The notes under the pieces: model-generated
The model's database searches: none
Told to the model about the DNA's origin: nothing
What the model saw: only the letters and a program-made list of their open reading frames with translations
Translations under genes and position numbers: made by a program
Assembly: GCF_009914755.1 (NCBI RefSeq)
Contig: NC_060933.1
Origin: the human T2T-CHM13v2.0 reference genome, Homo sapiens
Direction: 5' to 3' (one strand)
DNA length: 64,000 bases
Part shown: positions 15,943-30,900 of the stretch, piece after piece
How the letters are laid out: each line of letters starts with the position of its first letter
How positions within the stretch are numbered: position 1 is the stretch's first letter

Positions 15943-18900
15943 GTTGAATCCATTCCATTGCATTCCATTCCATTCGATTCCATTCGATTGCACTCGGGTT
16001 GATTCCATTCCATTGCATTCCATTCCATTCCATTCCATTCCATTCCATTACATTCTATTACATTACATTCGGATTGATTCTATTCAATTCCCTTACACTC
16101 CATTACATTCCATTCCATTCGGGTAGTTTCCATTCCATTCCATTCCGTTCCTCTCCATTCCATTGCACTCGGGTTGATTCCATTCCATTGCATTCCATTC
16201 CATTCCATTCAATTCCATTCCGTTCCATTCCATTACATTCGGATTGATTCTATTCAACTCCCTTACACTCCATTACATTCCATTCCATTCGGGTTGTTCC
16301 ATTCCATTCCATTCCATTCCACTCAATTCCATTGCACTCGGGTTGATTCCATTCCATTCCATTCCATTCCATTCAATTCCGGAAGATTCCATTCCATTGC
16401 ATTCCATTCCATTCCATTCCGGATGATTCCATTCCATTGCATTCCATTCCATTCCATTCCCCTGCACTCGGGTTGATTCCATTCCATTCCATTCCATTCC
16501 ATTCCGGATGATTCCATTCCATTGCATTCCATTCCATTCCAATCCCCTGCACTCGGGTTGATTCCATTCCATTCCACTCCATTCCGTTCCATTCCATTCC
16601 ATTCCATTGTATTCGGGTTAATTCCATTCTATTCCATTCCATTCCATTACAATCGAGTTGATTCCTTTCCATTCCATTCCATTCCAGTCCTTTCCATTCC
16701 ATTCCACTCGGGTTGATTCCATTCTATTAGTTTCCATTCCATTCCATTCTCTTCCATTCCACTCTGGTTGATTCCATTCCTTTCCATTCCACTCGAATAC
16801 ATTCCCTCCTATTCCACTCGGAACGATTCCATTCCATTCCATTCCATTCCATTCCATTCCATTCCATTCCAATCCATTTCGTTCCATTCCTTTCTATTCC
16901 GTATCATTCCATTCCATTCCATTCCATTCCATTCCATTCCATTCAATTGTACTCGGGTTGATTCCATTCCATTGCATTCCATTCCATTCCATTCCATTCC
17001 ATTCCGTTGCATTCCATTCCATTACATTCGGATTGATTCTATTCAACTCCCTTACTATCCATTACATTCCATTCCATTCGGGTTGTTCCATTCCATTCCA
17101 TTCCATTCCACTCCATTCCATTGCACTCGGGTTGATTCCATTCCATTCCATTCCATTCCATTCCATACCGGATGATTCCATTCCATTGCATTCCGTTCCA
17201 TTACATTCCCCTGCACTCGCGTTGATTCCATTCCATTGCATTCCATTCCATTGAATTCCATTCCATTACAATTCGTTCCATTCTATTCTATTCCGTACCA
17301 TTCCATTCCATTCCATACCATTCCATTCCATTCCATTCCATTCCATTCCGTTCCATTCCGTTCCATTCCATTCCATTCCATTCTATTCGGGTTAATTCCA
17401 TTCCATTCCATTCCATTCCATTCCATTCTATTCCATTCCATTGCAATCGAGTTGAATCCATTGCATTTCATTCCATTCCATTCCATTCCGGAAGATTCCA
17501 TTCCATTGCATTCCATTCCATTCCATTCCCCTGCACTCGCGTTGATTCCATTCCATTCCATTCCATTCCATTCCATTCCATTCCATTCCATTCCATTCCG
17601 TTCCGTTCCATTCCATTCCATTCCATTCCATTCCATTCCGTTCCGTTCCATTCCATTCCATTCCATTCTGTTCGGGTTAATTCCATTCCATTCCATTCGA
17701 TTGCAATCGAGTTGATTCCATTCCATTCCATTCCATTCCATTCCATTCCATTCCTATCCATTCCATTACGGATGATTCCATTCCATTGCATTCCATTCCA
17801 TTCCATTCCCCTGCACTCGGGTTGATTCCATTCCATTCCATTCCAATCCATGCCATTCCACTCGTGTTGATTCCATTCTTTCCATTCCCTTCAAGTTGAA
17901 TCCATTCCATTGCATTCCATTCCATTCGATTCCATTCGATTGCACTCGGGTTGATTCCATTCCATTGCATTCCATTCCATTCCATTCCATTCCATTCCAT
18001 TCCATTCCATTCCGTTCCATTCCATTTCATTACATTCAGATTGATACTATTCAATTCCCTTACACTCCATTATATTCCAATCCATTCTGGTTGTTTCCAT
18101 TCCATTCCATTCCATTTCACTGCATTCCATTGCACTCGGGTTGATTCCATTCCATTCCATTCCATTGCATTCCATTCCATTCCATTCCGGATGATTCCAT
18201 TCCATTGCATTCCATTCCATTCCATTCCCCTGCACTCGGGTTGATTCCATTCCATTCCATTCCATTACATTCCGTTCCATTCCATTCCATTCCATTCGGA
18301 TTGATTCTATTCAATTCCCTTACACTCCATTACATTCCATTCCATTCGGGTAGTTTCCATTCCAGTCCATTCCATTCCTCTCCATTCCATTGCACTCGGG
18401 TTGAATCCATTCCATTGCATTCCATTCCATTCGATTCCATTCGATTGCACTCGGGTTGATTCCATTCCATTGCATTCCATTCCATTCCATTCCATTCCAT
18501 TCCATTACATTCTATTACATTACATTCGGATTGATTCTATTCAATTCCCTTACACTCCATTACATTCCATTCCATTCGGGTAGTTTCCATTCCATTCCAT
18601 TCCGTTCCTCTCCATTCCATTGCACTCGGGTTGATTCCATTCCATTGCATTCCATTCCATTCCATTCAATTCCATTCCGTTCCATTCCATTACATTCGGA
18701 TTGATTCTATTCAACTCCCTTACACTCCATTACATTCCATTCCATTCGGGTTGTTCCATTCCATTCCATTCCATTCCACTCAATTCCATTGCACTCGGGT
18801 TGATTCCATTCCATTCCATTCCATTCCATTCAATTCCGGAAGATTCCATTCCATTGCATTCCATTCCATTCCATTCCGGATGATTCCATTCCATTGCATT

Positions 18901-20861
18901 CCATTCCATTCCATTCCCCTGCACTCGGGTTGATTCCATTCCATTCCATTCCATTCCATTCCGGATGATTCCATTCCATTGCATTCCATTCCATTCCAAT
19001 CCCCTGCACTCGGGTTGATTCCATTCCATTCCACTCCATTCCGTTCCATTCCATTCCATTCAATTGTATTCGGGTTAATTCCATTCTATTCCATTCCATT
19101 CCATTACAATCGAGTTGATTCCTTTCCATTCCATTCCATTCCAGTCCTTTCCATTCCATTCCACTCGGGTTGATTCCATTCTATTAGTTTCCATTCCATT
19201 CCATTCTCTTCCATTCCACTCTGGTTGATTCCATTCCTTTCCATTCCACTCGAATACATTCCCTCCTATTCCACTCGGAACGATTCCATTCCATTCCATT
19301 CCATTCCATTCCATTCCATTCCATTCCATTCCAATCCATTTCGTTCCATTCCTTTCTATTCCGTATCATTCCATTCCATTCCATTCCATTCCATTCCATT
19401 CCATTCAATTGTACTCGGGTTGATTCCATTCCATTGCATTCCATTCCATTCCATTCCATTCCATTCCGTTGCATTCCATTCCATTACATTCGGATTGATT
19501 CTATTCAACTCCCTTACTATCCATTACATTCCATTCCATTCGGGTTGTTCCATTCCATTCCATTCCATTCCACTCCATTCCATTGCACTCGGGTTGATTC
19601 CATTCCATTCCATTCCATTCCATTCCATACCGGATGATTCCATTCCATTGCATTCCGTTCCATTACATTCCCCTGCACTCGCGTTGATTCCATTCCATTG
19701 CATTCCATTCCATTGAATTCCATTCCATTACAATTCGTTCCATTCTATTCTATTCCGTACCATTCCATTCCATTCCATACCATTCCATTCCATTCCATTC
19801 CATTCCATTCCGTTCCATTCCGTTCCATTCCATTCCATTCCATTCTATTCGGGTTAATTCCATTCCATTCCATTCCATTCCATTCCATTCTATTCCATTC
19901 CATTGCAATCGAGTTGAATCCATTGCATTTCATTCCATTCCATTCCATTCCGGAAGATTCCATTCCATTGCATTCCATTCCATTCCATTCCCCTGCACTC
20001 GCGTTGATTCCATTCCATTCCATTCCATTCCATTCCATTCCATTCCATTCCATTCCATTCCGTTCCGTTCCATTCCATTCCATTCCATTCCATTCCATTC
20101 CGTTCCGTTCCATTCCATTCCATTCCATTCTGTTCGGGTTAATTCCATTCCATTCCATTCGATTGCAATCGAGTTGATTCCATTCCATTCCATTCCATTC
20201 CATTCCATTCCATTCCTATCCATTCCATTACGGATGATTCCATTCCATTGCATTCCATTCCATTCCATTCCCCTGCACTCGGGTTGATTCCATTCCATTC
20301 CATTCCAATCCATGCCATTCCACTCGTGTTGATTCCATTCTTTCCATTCCCTTCAAGTTGAATCCATTCCATTGCATTCCATTCCATTCGATTCCATTCG
20401 ATTGCACTCGGGTTGATTCCATTCCATTGCATTCCATTCCATTCCATTCCATTCCATTCCATTCCATTCCATTCCGTTCCATTCCATTTCATTACATTCA
20501 GATTGATACTATTCAATTCCCTTACACTCCATTATATTCCAATCCATTCTGGTTGTTTCCATTCCATTCCATTCCATTTCACTGCATTCCATTGCACTCG
20601 GGTTGATTCCATTCCATTCCATTCCATTGCATTCCATTCCATTCCATTCCGGATGATTCCATTCCATTGCATTCCATTCCATTCCATTCCCCTGCACTCG
20701 GGTTGATTCCATTCCATTCCATTCCATTACATTCCGTTCCATTCCATTCCATTCCATTCGGATTGATTCTATTCAATTCCCTTACACTCCATTACATTCC
20801 ATTCCATTCGGGTAGTTTCCATTCCAGTCCATTCCATTCCTCTCCATTCCATTGCACTCGG
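15943..20861 (+). repeat. Near-perfect tandem duplication, units 15943-18399 (2457 bp) and 18400-20861 (2462 bp)
   Basis: ORF track repeats at +2457 (15944/18401, 16174/18631, 16768/19225), then +2462 (17236/19698, 17896/20358, 18205/20667). Shared private variants: CTTACTATCC (17051/19513), CCATACCGG (17163/19625), TTGATACTAT (18041/20503), TCCAGTCCAT (18361/20823). Confidence 0.95.
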
Positions 20862-20893
20862 GTTGATTCCATTCCATTCCATTCCATTCCGTT

Positions 20894-20928
20894 ACATTAC
20901 ATTACATTACATTACATTACATTACATT
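20894..20928 (+). repeat. (ACATT)7 variant-pentamer microsatellite
   Basis: GTT-ACATT x7-CCGTT read directly at 20891-20933. Elsewhere ACATT appears only as 1-2 tandem units. Confidence 0.9.
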
Positions 20929-21649
20929 CCGTTCCATTGTACTCGGGTTGATTCCATTCCATTGCATTCCATTCCATTCCATTCCATTCCATTCCATTCC
21001 ATTCCATTCCCTTCCATTCCATTACATTCGGATTGATTCTATTCAACTCCCTTACTCTCCATTACATTCCATTCCATTCGGGTTGTTCCATTCCATTCCA
21101 TTCCATTCCACTCCATTCCATTGCACTCGGGTTGATTCCATTCCATTCCATTCCATTCCATTCCATTCCATTCCGGATGATTCCATTCCATTGCATTCCG
21201 TTCCATTACACTCCCCTGCACTCGCGTTGATTCCATTCCATTCCATTCCATTCCATTGAATTCCATTCCATTACAATTCGTTCCATTCTATTCTATTCCG
21301 TACCATTCCATTCCATTCCATACCATTCCATTCCATTCCATTCCATTCCATTCCGTTCCATTCCGTTCCATTCCATTCCATTCCATTCTATTCGGGTTAA
21401 TTCCATTCCATTCCATTCCATTCCATTCCATTCTATTCCATTCCATTGCAATCGAGTTGAATCCATTGCATTTCATTCCATTCCATTCCATTCCATTCCA
21501 TTCCATTCCGGAAGATTCCATTCCATTGCATTCCATTCCATTCCATTCCCCTGCACTCGCGTTGATTCCTTTCAATTCCATTCCTTTCCATTCCATTCCA
21601 TTCCATTCCATTCCGTTCCGTTCCATTCCATTCCATTCCATTCCATTCC

Positions 21650-24600
21650 GTTGCATTCCATTCCATTACATTCGGATTGATTCTATTCAACTCCCTTACT
21701 CTCCATTACATTCCATTCCATTCGGGTTGTTCCATTCCATTCCATTCCATTCCACTCCATTCCATTGCACTCGGGTTGATTCCATTCCATTCCATTCCAT
21801 TCCATTCCATTCCATTCCATTCCGGATGATTCCATTCCATTGCATTCCGTTCCATTACATTCCCCTGCACTCGCGTTGATTCCATTCCATTCCATTCCAT
21901 TCCATTCCATTACAATTCGTTCCATTCCATTCTATTCCGTACCATTCCATTCCATTCCATACCATTCCATTCCATTCCATTCCATTCCATTCCATTCCTT
22001 TCCATTCCGTTCCATTGCATTCTATTCGGGTTAATTCCATTCCATTCCATTCCATTCCATTCTATTCCATTCCATTGCAATCGAGTTGAATCCATTGCAT
22101 TCCATTCCATTCCATTCCATTCCATTCCATTCCGGAAGATTCCATTCCATGGCATTCCATTCCATTCCATTCCCCTTCACTCGCGTTGATTCCATTCCAT
22201 TCCATTCCATTCCATTCCATTCCATTCCATTCTGTTCCGTTCCATTCCGTTCCATTCCATTCCATTCCATTCCGTTCCGTTCCATTCCATTCCATTCCAT
22301 TCTATTCGGGTTAATTCCATTCCATTCCATTCGATTGCAATCGTGTTGATTCCATTCCATTCCATTCCATTCCATTCCATTCCATTCCATTCCATTCCTT
22401 TCCATTCCATTACGGATGATTCCATTTCATTGCATTCCATTCCATTCCATTCCCCTGTACTCGGGTTGATTCCTTTCCATTGCATTCCAATCCATGCCCT
22501 TCCACACGTGTTGAATCCATTCTTTCCATTCCATTCAAGTTGAATCCATTCCATTGCATTCCATTCCATTCGATTCCATTCGATTGCACTCGGGTTGATT
22601 CCATTCCATTGCATTCCATTCCTTTCCATTCCATTCCATTCCATTCCATTCCATTCTGTTCCATTCCATTCCATTACATTCGGATTGATTCTATTCAATT
22701 GCCTTACACTCCATTACATTCCATTCCATTCGGGTAGTTTCCATTCCATTCCATTCCATTCCTCTCCATTCCATTGCACTCGGGTTGATTCCATTCCATT
22801 GCATTCCATTCCATTCCATTCAATTCCATTCCGTTCCATTCCATTCCATTACATTCGGATTGATTCTATTCAACTCCCTTACTCTCCATTCCATTCCATT
22901 CCATTTCATTCCATTCCATTCCATTTCATTCCACTCCATTCCATTGCACTCGGGTTTATTCAATTCCATTCCATTCCATTCCATTCCATTCCATTCCATT
23001 CCGGAAGATTCCATTCCATTGCATTCCATTCCATTCCATTCCCCTGCACTCGCGTTGATTCCATTCCATTCCATTCCATTCCATTCCATTCCATTCCATT
23101 CCATTCCATTCCTTTCCGTTCCATTCTATTCCATTCCATTCGATTGCAATCGAGTTGATTCCATTCCATTCCATTCCATTCCATTCCATTCCATTCCATT
23201 CCTTTCCATTCCATTACGGATGATTCCATTCCATTGCATTGCATTCCATTCCATTCCCCTGTACTCGGGTTGATACCATTCCATTCCATTCCATTCCATT
23301 CTATTCCATTCCATTCCATTCCATTCCGGAAGTTTCCATTCCATTGCATTCCATTCCATTCGATTCCATTCGATTGCACTCGCGTTGATTCCATGGCATT
23401 GCATTCCATTCCATTCCATTCCATTCCATTCCTTTCCATTCCATTCCATTCCATTCCATTCGGATTCATTCTATTCAATTCCCTTACACTCCATTACATT
23501 CCATTCCATTCGTGTAGTTTCCATTCCATTCCATGCCATTCCTCTCCATTCCATTGCACTCGGGTTGATTCCATTCCATTCCATTCCATTCCATTCCATT
23601 CCATTCCATTCCATTCCGGATGATTCCATTCCATTGAATTCCATTCCATTCCATTCCCCTGCACTTGTGTTGATTCCATTCCATTCCATTCCATTCCTTT
23701 CTGTTCCATTCCATTCCATTCCATTCCATTCCATTCCATTCCATTCTATTCGTGTTAATTCCGTTCCATTCTATTCCATTCCATTCCATTGAAATCGAGT
23801 TGATTCCATTCCATTCAATTCCATTCCATTCCATTCCATTCCATTCGGGATGATTCCATTCTATTGCATTCCATTCCATTCCATTCCCCTGCACTCGTGT
23901 TGATTCCATTCCTTTCCATTCCATTACATTCCATTCCATTCCGTTCCATTTCATTCTATTCGGGTTAATTCCATTCCATTCCATTCCACTCCATTCCAGT
24001 CCTTTCCATTCCATTCCACTCGGGTTGATTCCATTCTATTCCTTTCAATTCCATTCCATTCCATTGCAATCGAGTGGATTCCATTCGAGTTGAATCCATT
24101 CCTTTCCATTCCATTCCATTCCATTGCACACGGGTTCATTCCATTCCATTCCATTCCATTACATTCCATTCCATTCCATTCCATTCCATTTCATTCCATT
24201 CCATTCTATTCCGTACCATTCCATTCCATCCCATTCCATTCCGTTCCATTCCATGCCATTACACTCGGGTTGATTCCATTCCTTTCCATTCCATTCTTGT
24301 TGAATCCATTCCATTCCATTCCGTTCCATTCGAATCCATTCCATTGCACTCGGGTTGATTCCATTCCATTCCATTCCATTCCATTCCATTTCATTCCATT
24401 CCATTCCGTTACATTCGGATTGATTCTATTCAATTCCCTTACACTCCATTACATTCCATTCCATTCGGGATGTTTCCATTCCATTCCATTCCATTCCACT
24501 CCATTCCATTGCATCAGGTTGATTGCATTGCATTCCATTCCATTCCATTCCGGATGATTCCATTCCATTGCATTCCATTCCATTCCATTCTATTGCAGTC

Positions 24601-25930
24601 GGGTTGATTCCATTCCATTCCATTCCATTCCATTCCATTCCATTCCATTCCGTTCCATTCCATTCCGTTCCATTCCATTCCATTCCATTCTATTCGGGTT
24701 AATTCCATTCCATTCCATTCCATTCCATTCCATTCCATTCCATTCCATTGCAATCGAGTTGATTCCATTCCATTCCATTCCATTCCATTCCATTCCACTC
24801 CATTCCAGTCCTTTCCATTCCATTACACTCGGGTTGATTCCATTCTATTCCTTTCCATTCCATTCCATTCCATTGCAATCGAGTTGATTCCATTGCTTTG
24901 CATTCCATTCCATTCCATTTCATTCCGGATGATTCCATTCCATTGCATTCCATTCCATTCCATTCCCCTGCACTCGGGTTGATTCCATTCCATTCCACTC
25001 CATTCCGTTCCATTCCATTCCATTCCATTGTATTCGGGTTAATTCCATTCCATTCCATTCCATTCCATTCCATTCCATTCCATTCCATTACAATCGAGTT
25101 GATTCCATTCCATTCCACTCCATTCCATTCCATTCCATTCCAGTCCTTTCCATTCCATTCCACTCGGGTTGATTCCATTCTATTAGTTTCCATTCCATTC
25201 CATTCCCTTCCATTCCACTCTGGTTGATTCCATTCCTTTCCATTCCACTCGAATACATTCCCTCCTATTCCACTCGGAACGATTCCATTCCATTCCATTC
25301 CATTCCATTCCATTCCATTCCATTCCATTCCATTCCCCTGCACTCGCGTTGATTCCATTCCATTCCATTCCATTCCATTCCGTTCCGTTCCATTCCATTC
25401 CATTCCATTCCGTTCCATTCCATTCTATTCGGGTTAATTCCATTCCATTCCATTCGATTGCCATCGAGTTGATTCCATTCCATTCCATTCCATTCCATTC
25501 CATTCCATTCCATTCCATTCCATTCCTTTCCATTCCATTACGGATGACTCCATTCCATTGCATTCCATTCCATTCCATTCCCCTGTACTCGGGTTGATTC
25601 CATTCCATTCCATTCTACTCCATTCGGTTCCGTTGCATTCCATTCTATTGCATTCCATTCTATTCGGGTTAATTCCATTCCATTCTATTCCATTCCATTC
25701 CATTACATTCCATTGCAATGGAGTTGATTCCATTCCATTCCATTCCATTCCATTCCGGGTGATTCCATTCCATTGCATTGCATTCCATTCCATTCCCCTG
25801 CACTCGTGTTGATTCCATTCCCTTCCATTCCATTCCATTCCATTCCATTCTATTCCGATTAATTCCATTCCATTCCATTCCATTCCATTCCATTCCATTC
25901 CATTGCAATCGAGTTGATTCCATTCCATTC
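21650..25930 (+). repeat. Copy 1 of a dispersed ~4.3 kb duplication (partner at ~35430-39755)
   Basis: ORF offsets 13762-13827 (22785/36562, 23234/37011, 24074/37841, 24898/38725, 25558/39375). Private markers CCACACGTG, CCGGAAGTTTCC, CCATGGCATTGC, CGAGTGGATTCCATTCGAGTTGAATC, GCACACGGG and GCATCAGGTTGATTGC were seen only in these two segments. Confidence 0.9.
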
Positions 25931-27934
25931 CTTTCCATTCCATTGCCTTGCATTCCACTCGGGTTGATTCCATTCCCTTCTTTCCACTCCATTACATTCC
26001 CTTCCATTCCACTCGGAATGATTGATTCCGTTCCATTCCATTCCATTTCATTCCATTGCAATCCATTCCAATCCACTCCATTCCATTCCATTCCACTCGA
26101 GTTGACTTCATTCCATTCCTTTCCATTCCATTCCATTCCATTCCTTTCCACTCGAGTTGATTCCATTCCTTTCCAATCCTTTGCATTCCATTCCATGCCA
26201 TTCCACTCGGGTTGATTCCATTCCTTTGCATTCCATTCCATTCCATTCCATTGCATTCCATTCCATTCCATTCCGTTGCATTCCATTCCATTACATTCGG
26301 ATTGATTCTATTCAACTCCCTTACTCTCCATTACATTCCATTCCATTCGGGTTGTTCCATTACATTCCATTCCATTCCACTCTATTCCATTGCACTCGGG
26401 TTGATTCCATTCCATTCCATTCCATTCCATTCCATTCCGGATGATTCCATTCCATTGCATTCCGTTCCATTACATTCCCCTGCACTCGGGTTGATACCAT
26501 TCCATTCGATTCCATTCCATTCCATTCCATTCCGGATGATTCCATTCCATTGCATTCCATTCCATTCCATTCCCCTGCACTCGGGTTGATTACATGCCAT
26601 TTCCTTCTCTTCCATTCCTTTCCATTCCTCTCCATTCCATTGCACTCGGGTTGATTCCATTCCATTCCATTCCATTCCTTTCCGTTCCATTCCGTTCCGT
26701 TCCATTCCATTCCATTCCATTCTATTCGGGTTAATTCCATTCCATTCCATTCGATTGCAATCGTGTTGATTCCATTCCATTCCATTCCATTCCATTCCAT
26801 TCCATTCCATTCCATTCCTTTTCATTCCATTACGGATGATTCCATTCCATTGCATTCCATTCCATTCCATTCCCTTGTACTCGGGTTGATTCCATTCCAT
26901 TGCATTCTAATCCATGCCCTTCCACTCGTGTTGATTCCATTCTTTCCATTCCATTCAAGTTGAATCCATTCCATTGCATTCCATTCCATTCGATTCCATT
27001 CGATTGCACTCGGGTTGATTCCATTCCATTGCATTCCATTCCATTCCATTCCATTCCATTCCATTCCATTCCGTTCCATTCCATTCCATTACTTTCGGAT
27101 TGATTCTATTCAATTCCCTTACACTCCATTACATTCCATTCCATTCGGGTAGTTTTCATTCCATTCCATTCCATTCCTCTCCATTCCATTGCACTCGGGT
27201 TGATTCCATTCCATTTCATTCCATTCCATTCCATTCAATTCCATTCCGTTCCATTCCATTCCATTACATTCGGATTGATTCTATTCAACTCCCTTACTCT
27301 CCATTACATTCCATTCCATTCGATTTGTTCCATTCCATTCCATTCCATTCCACTCCATTCCATTGCACTCGGGTTTATTCCATTCCATTCCATTCCATTC
27401 CATTCCATTCCATTCCGGAAGATTCCATTCCATTGCATTCCATTCCATTCCATTCCCCTGCACTCGCGTTGATTCCATTCCATTCCATTCCATTCCATTC
27501 CATTCCATTCCATTACATTCCATTCCATTCCTTTCCGTTCCATTCCATTCCATTCCATTCCATTCCATTCCATTCCGTTCTGTTCCATTCCATTCCATTC
27601 CATTCCATTCCATTCCATTCCATTCGGGTTAATTCCAGTCCATTCCATTCGATTGCAATCGAGTCGATTCCGTTCCATTCCATTCCATTCCATTCCATTC
27701 CATTCCATTCCATTCCTTTCCATTCCATTACGGATGATTCCATTCCATTGCATTCCATTCCATTCCATTCCCCTGTACTCAGGTTCATTCCATTCCATTC
27801 CATTCCAATCCATGCCATTCCACTCGTGTTGATTCCATTCTTTCCATTCCATTCAAGTTGAATCCATTCCATTGCATTCCATTCCATTCCATTCCCCTGC
27901 AGTCGGGTTGATTCCATTCCATTCCATTCCATTC

Positions 27935-30900
27935 CTCTCCATTCCATTGCACTCGGGTTGATTCCATTCCATTGCTTCCCATTCCATTCCATTCAATTCC
28001 ATTCCGTTCCATTCCATTCCATTACATTCGGATTGATTCTATTCAACTCCCTTAGTCTCCATTACATTCCATTCCATTCGGGTTGTTCCATTCCATTCCA
28101 TTCCATTCCATTCAATTCCATTCCATTCCGGAAGATTCCATTCCATTGCATTGCATTCCATTCCATTCCCCTGCACTAGCGTTGATTCCAATCCATTCCA
28201 TTCCATTCCATTCCATTCCATTCCATTCCATTCCATTCCATTCCTTTCCATTCCATTCCATTCCATTCCATTCCATTCCATTCCATTCTGTTCCGTTCCG
28301 TTCCTTTCCATTCCATTCCATTCCATTTTATTCGGGTTAATTCCATTCCATTCCATTCGATTGCAGTCGAGTTGATTCCATTCCATTCCATTGCATTCCA
28401 TTCCATTCCTTTCCATTCCATTACGGAAGATTCCATTCCATTGCATTCCATTCCATTCCATTCCCCTGTACTCGGGTTGATTCCATTCCATTCCATTCCA
28501 ATCCATGCCATTCCACTCGTGTTGATTCCATTCTTTCCATTCCATTCAAGTTGAATCCATTCCATTGCATTCCATTCCATTCCATTCCCCTGCACTCGTG
28601 TTGATTCCATTCCCTTCCATTCCATTCCATTCCATTCTATTCCGATTAATTCCATTCCATTCCATTCCATTCCATTGAAATCGAGTTGATTCCATTCCAT
28701 TCCTTTCCATTCCATTGCATTGCATTCCACTCGGGTTGATTCCATTCCGTTCTTTCCACTCCATTACATTCCCTTCCATTCCACTCGGAATGATTGATTC
28801 CATTCCATTCCATTCCATTTCATTCCATTTCAATCCATTCCAATCCATTCCATTCCATTCCATTCCACTCGAGTTGACTTCATTCCATTCTTTCCATTCC
28901 ATTCCATTCCATTCCTTTCCACTCGACTTGATTCCATTCCATTCCAATCCATTGCATTCCATTCCATGCCATTCCACTCGGGTTGATTCCATTCCTTTGC
29001 ATTCCATTCCATTCCATTCCATTGCATTCCATTCCATTCCATTCCGTTGTATTCCATTCCATTACATTCGGATTGATTCTATTCAACTCCCTTACTCTCC
29101 ATTACATTCCATTCCATTCGGGTTCTTCCATTCCATTCCATTCCATTCCACTCCATTCCATTGCACTCGGGTTGATTCCATTCCATTCCATTCCATTCCA
29201 TTCCATTCCATTCCGGATGATTCCATTCCATTGCCTTCCATTCCATTACATTCCCCTGCACTCGGGTTGATACCATTCCATTCCATTCCATTCCATTCCA
29301 TTCCATTCCATTCCATTCCATTCCGGATGATTCCATTCCATTGCGTTCCATTCCATTCCATTCCCCTGCACTCGGGTTTATTACATTCCATTTCCTTCCC
29401 TTCCATTCCTTTCCATTCCATTCCATTCCATTCTATTCGGGTGAATTCCATTCCATTCCATTCCATTCCACTCCATTCCATTCCATTCCATTCCATTCCA
29501 TTGGAATCGAGTTGATTCTATTCCATTCCATTCCATTCCATTCCATTGCAATGGAGTTGATTCCATTCCATTCCATTCCATTCCGGATGATTCCATTCCA
29601 TTGCATTCCATTCCATTCCACTGCCCTGCACTCGTGTTAATTCCATTCAGTTCCATTCCATTCCATTCCATTTTATTCCGGTTAATTCCATTCCATTCCA
29701 TTCCATTCCATTCCATTCCATTGCAATCGAGTTGATTCCATTCCATTCCTTTCCATTCCATTCCATTGCCTTGCATTCCACTCGGGTTGATTCCATTCCC
29801 TTCTTTCCACTCCATTTCATTCCCTTCCATTCCACTCGGAATGATTGATTCCATTCCATTCCATTCCATTTCATTCCATTGCAATCCATTCCAATCCATT
29901 CCATTCCATTCCATTCCACTCGAGTTGACTTCATTCCATTCCTTTCCATTCCATTCCATTCCTTTCCACTCGAGTTGATTCCATTCCATTCCAATCCATT
30001 GCATTCCATTCCATGCCATTCCACTCGGCTTGATTCCATTCCTTTGCATTCCATTCCATTCCATTCCATTCCATTCCATTCCATTCCATTCCGTTCATTC
30101 CATTCCATTACATTCGGATTGATTCTATTCAACTCCCTTACTCTCCATTACATTCCATTCCATTCAGGTTGTTCCATTCCATTCCATTCCATTCCACTCC
30201 ATTCCATTGCACTCGGGTTGATTCCATTCCATTCCATTCCATTCCATTCCATTCCGGATGATTCCATTCCATTACATTCCGTTCCATTACATTCCCCTGC
30301 ACTCGCGTTGATTCCATTCCATTCCATTCCATTCCATTCCATTCAATTCCATTCCATTACAATTCGTTCCTTTCCATTCTATTCGGTAGCATTCCATTCC
30401 ATTCCATACCATTCCATTCTATTCCATTCCGTTCCATTCCATTCCATTCCGTTCCATTCCGTTCCATTCCATTCCATTCCATTCTATTCGGGTTATTTCC
30501 ATTCCATTCCATTCCATCCCATTCTATTACATTCCATTGCATTGGAGTTGAGTCCATTGCATTTCATTCCATTCCATTCCATTCCATTCCATTCCGGAAG
30601 ATTCCATTCCATTGCATTCCATTCCATTCCATTCCCCTGCACTCACGTTGATTCCATTCCATTCCATTCCATTCCATTCCATTCCGTTCCGTTCCATTCC
30701 ATTCCATTCCATTCCATTCTATTCCGTTCCGTTCCATTCCATTCCATTCCTCTCCATTCCATTGCACTCGGGTTGATTCCATTCCATTGCTTCCCATTCC
30801 ATTCCATTCAATTCCATTCCGTTCCATTCCATTCCATTACATTCGGATTGATTCTATTCAACTCCCTTAGTCTCCATTACATTCCATTCCATTCGGGTTG

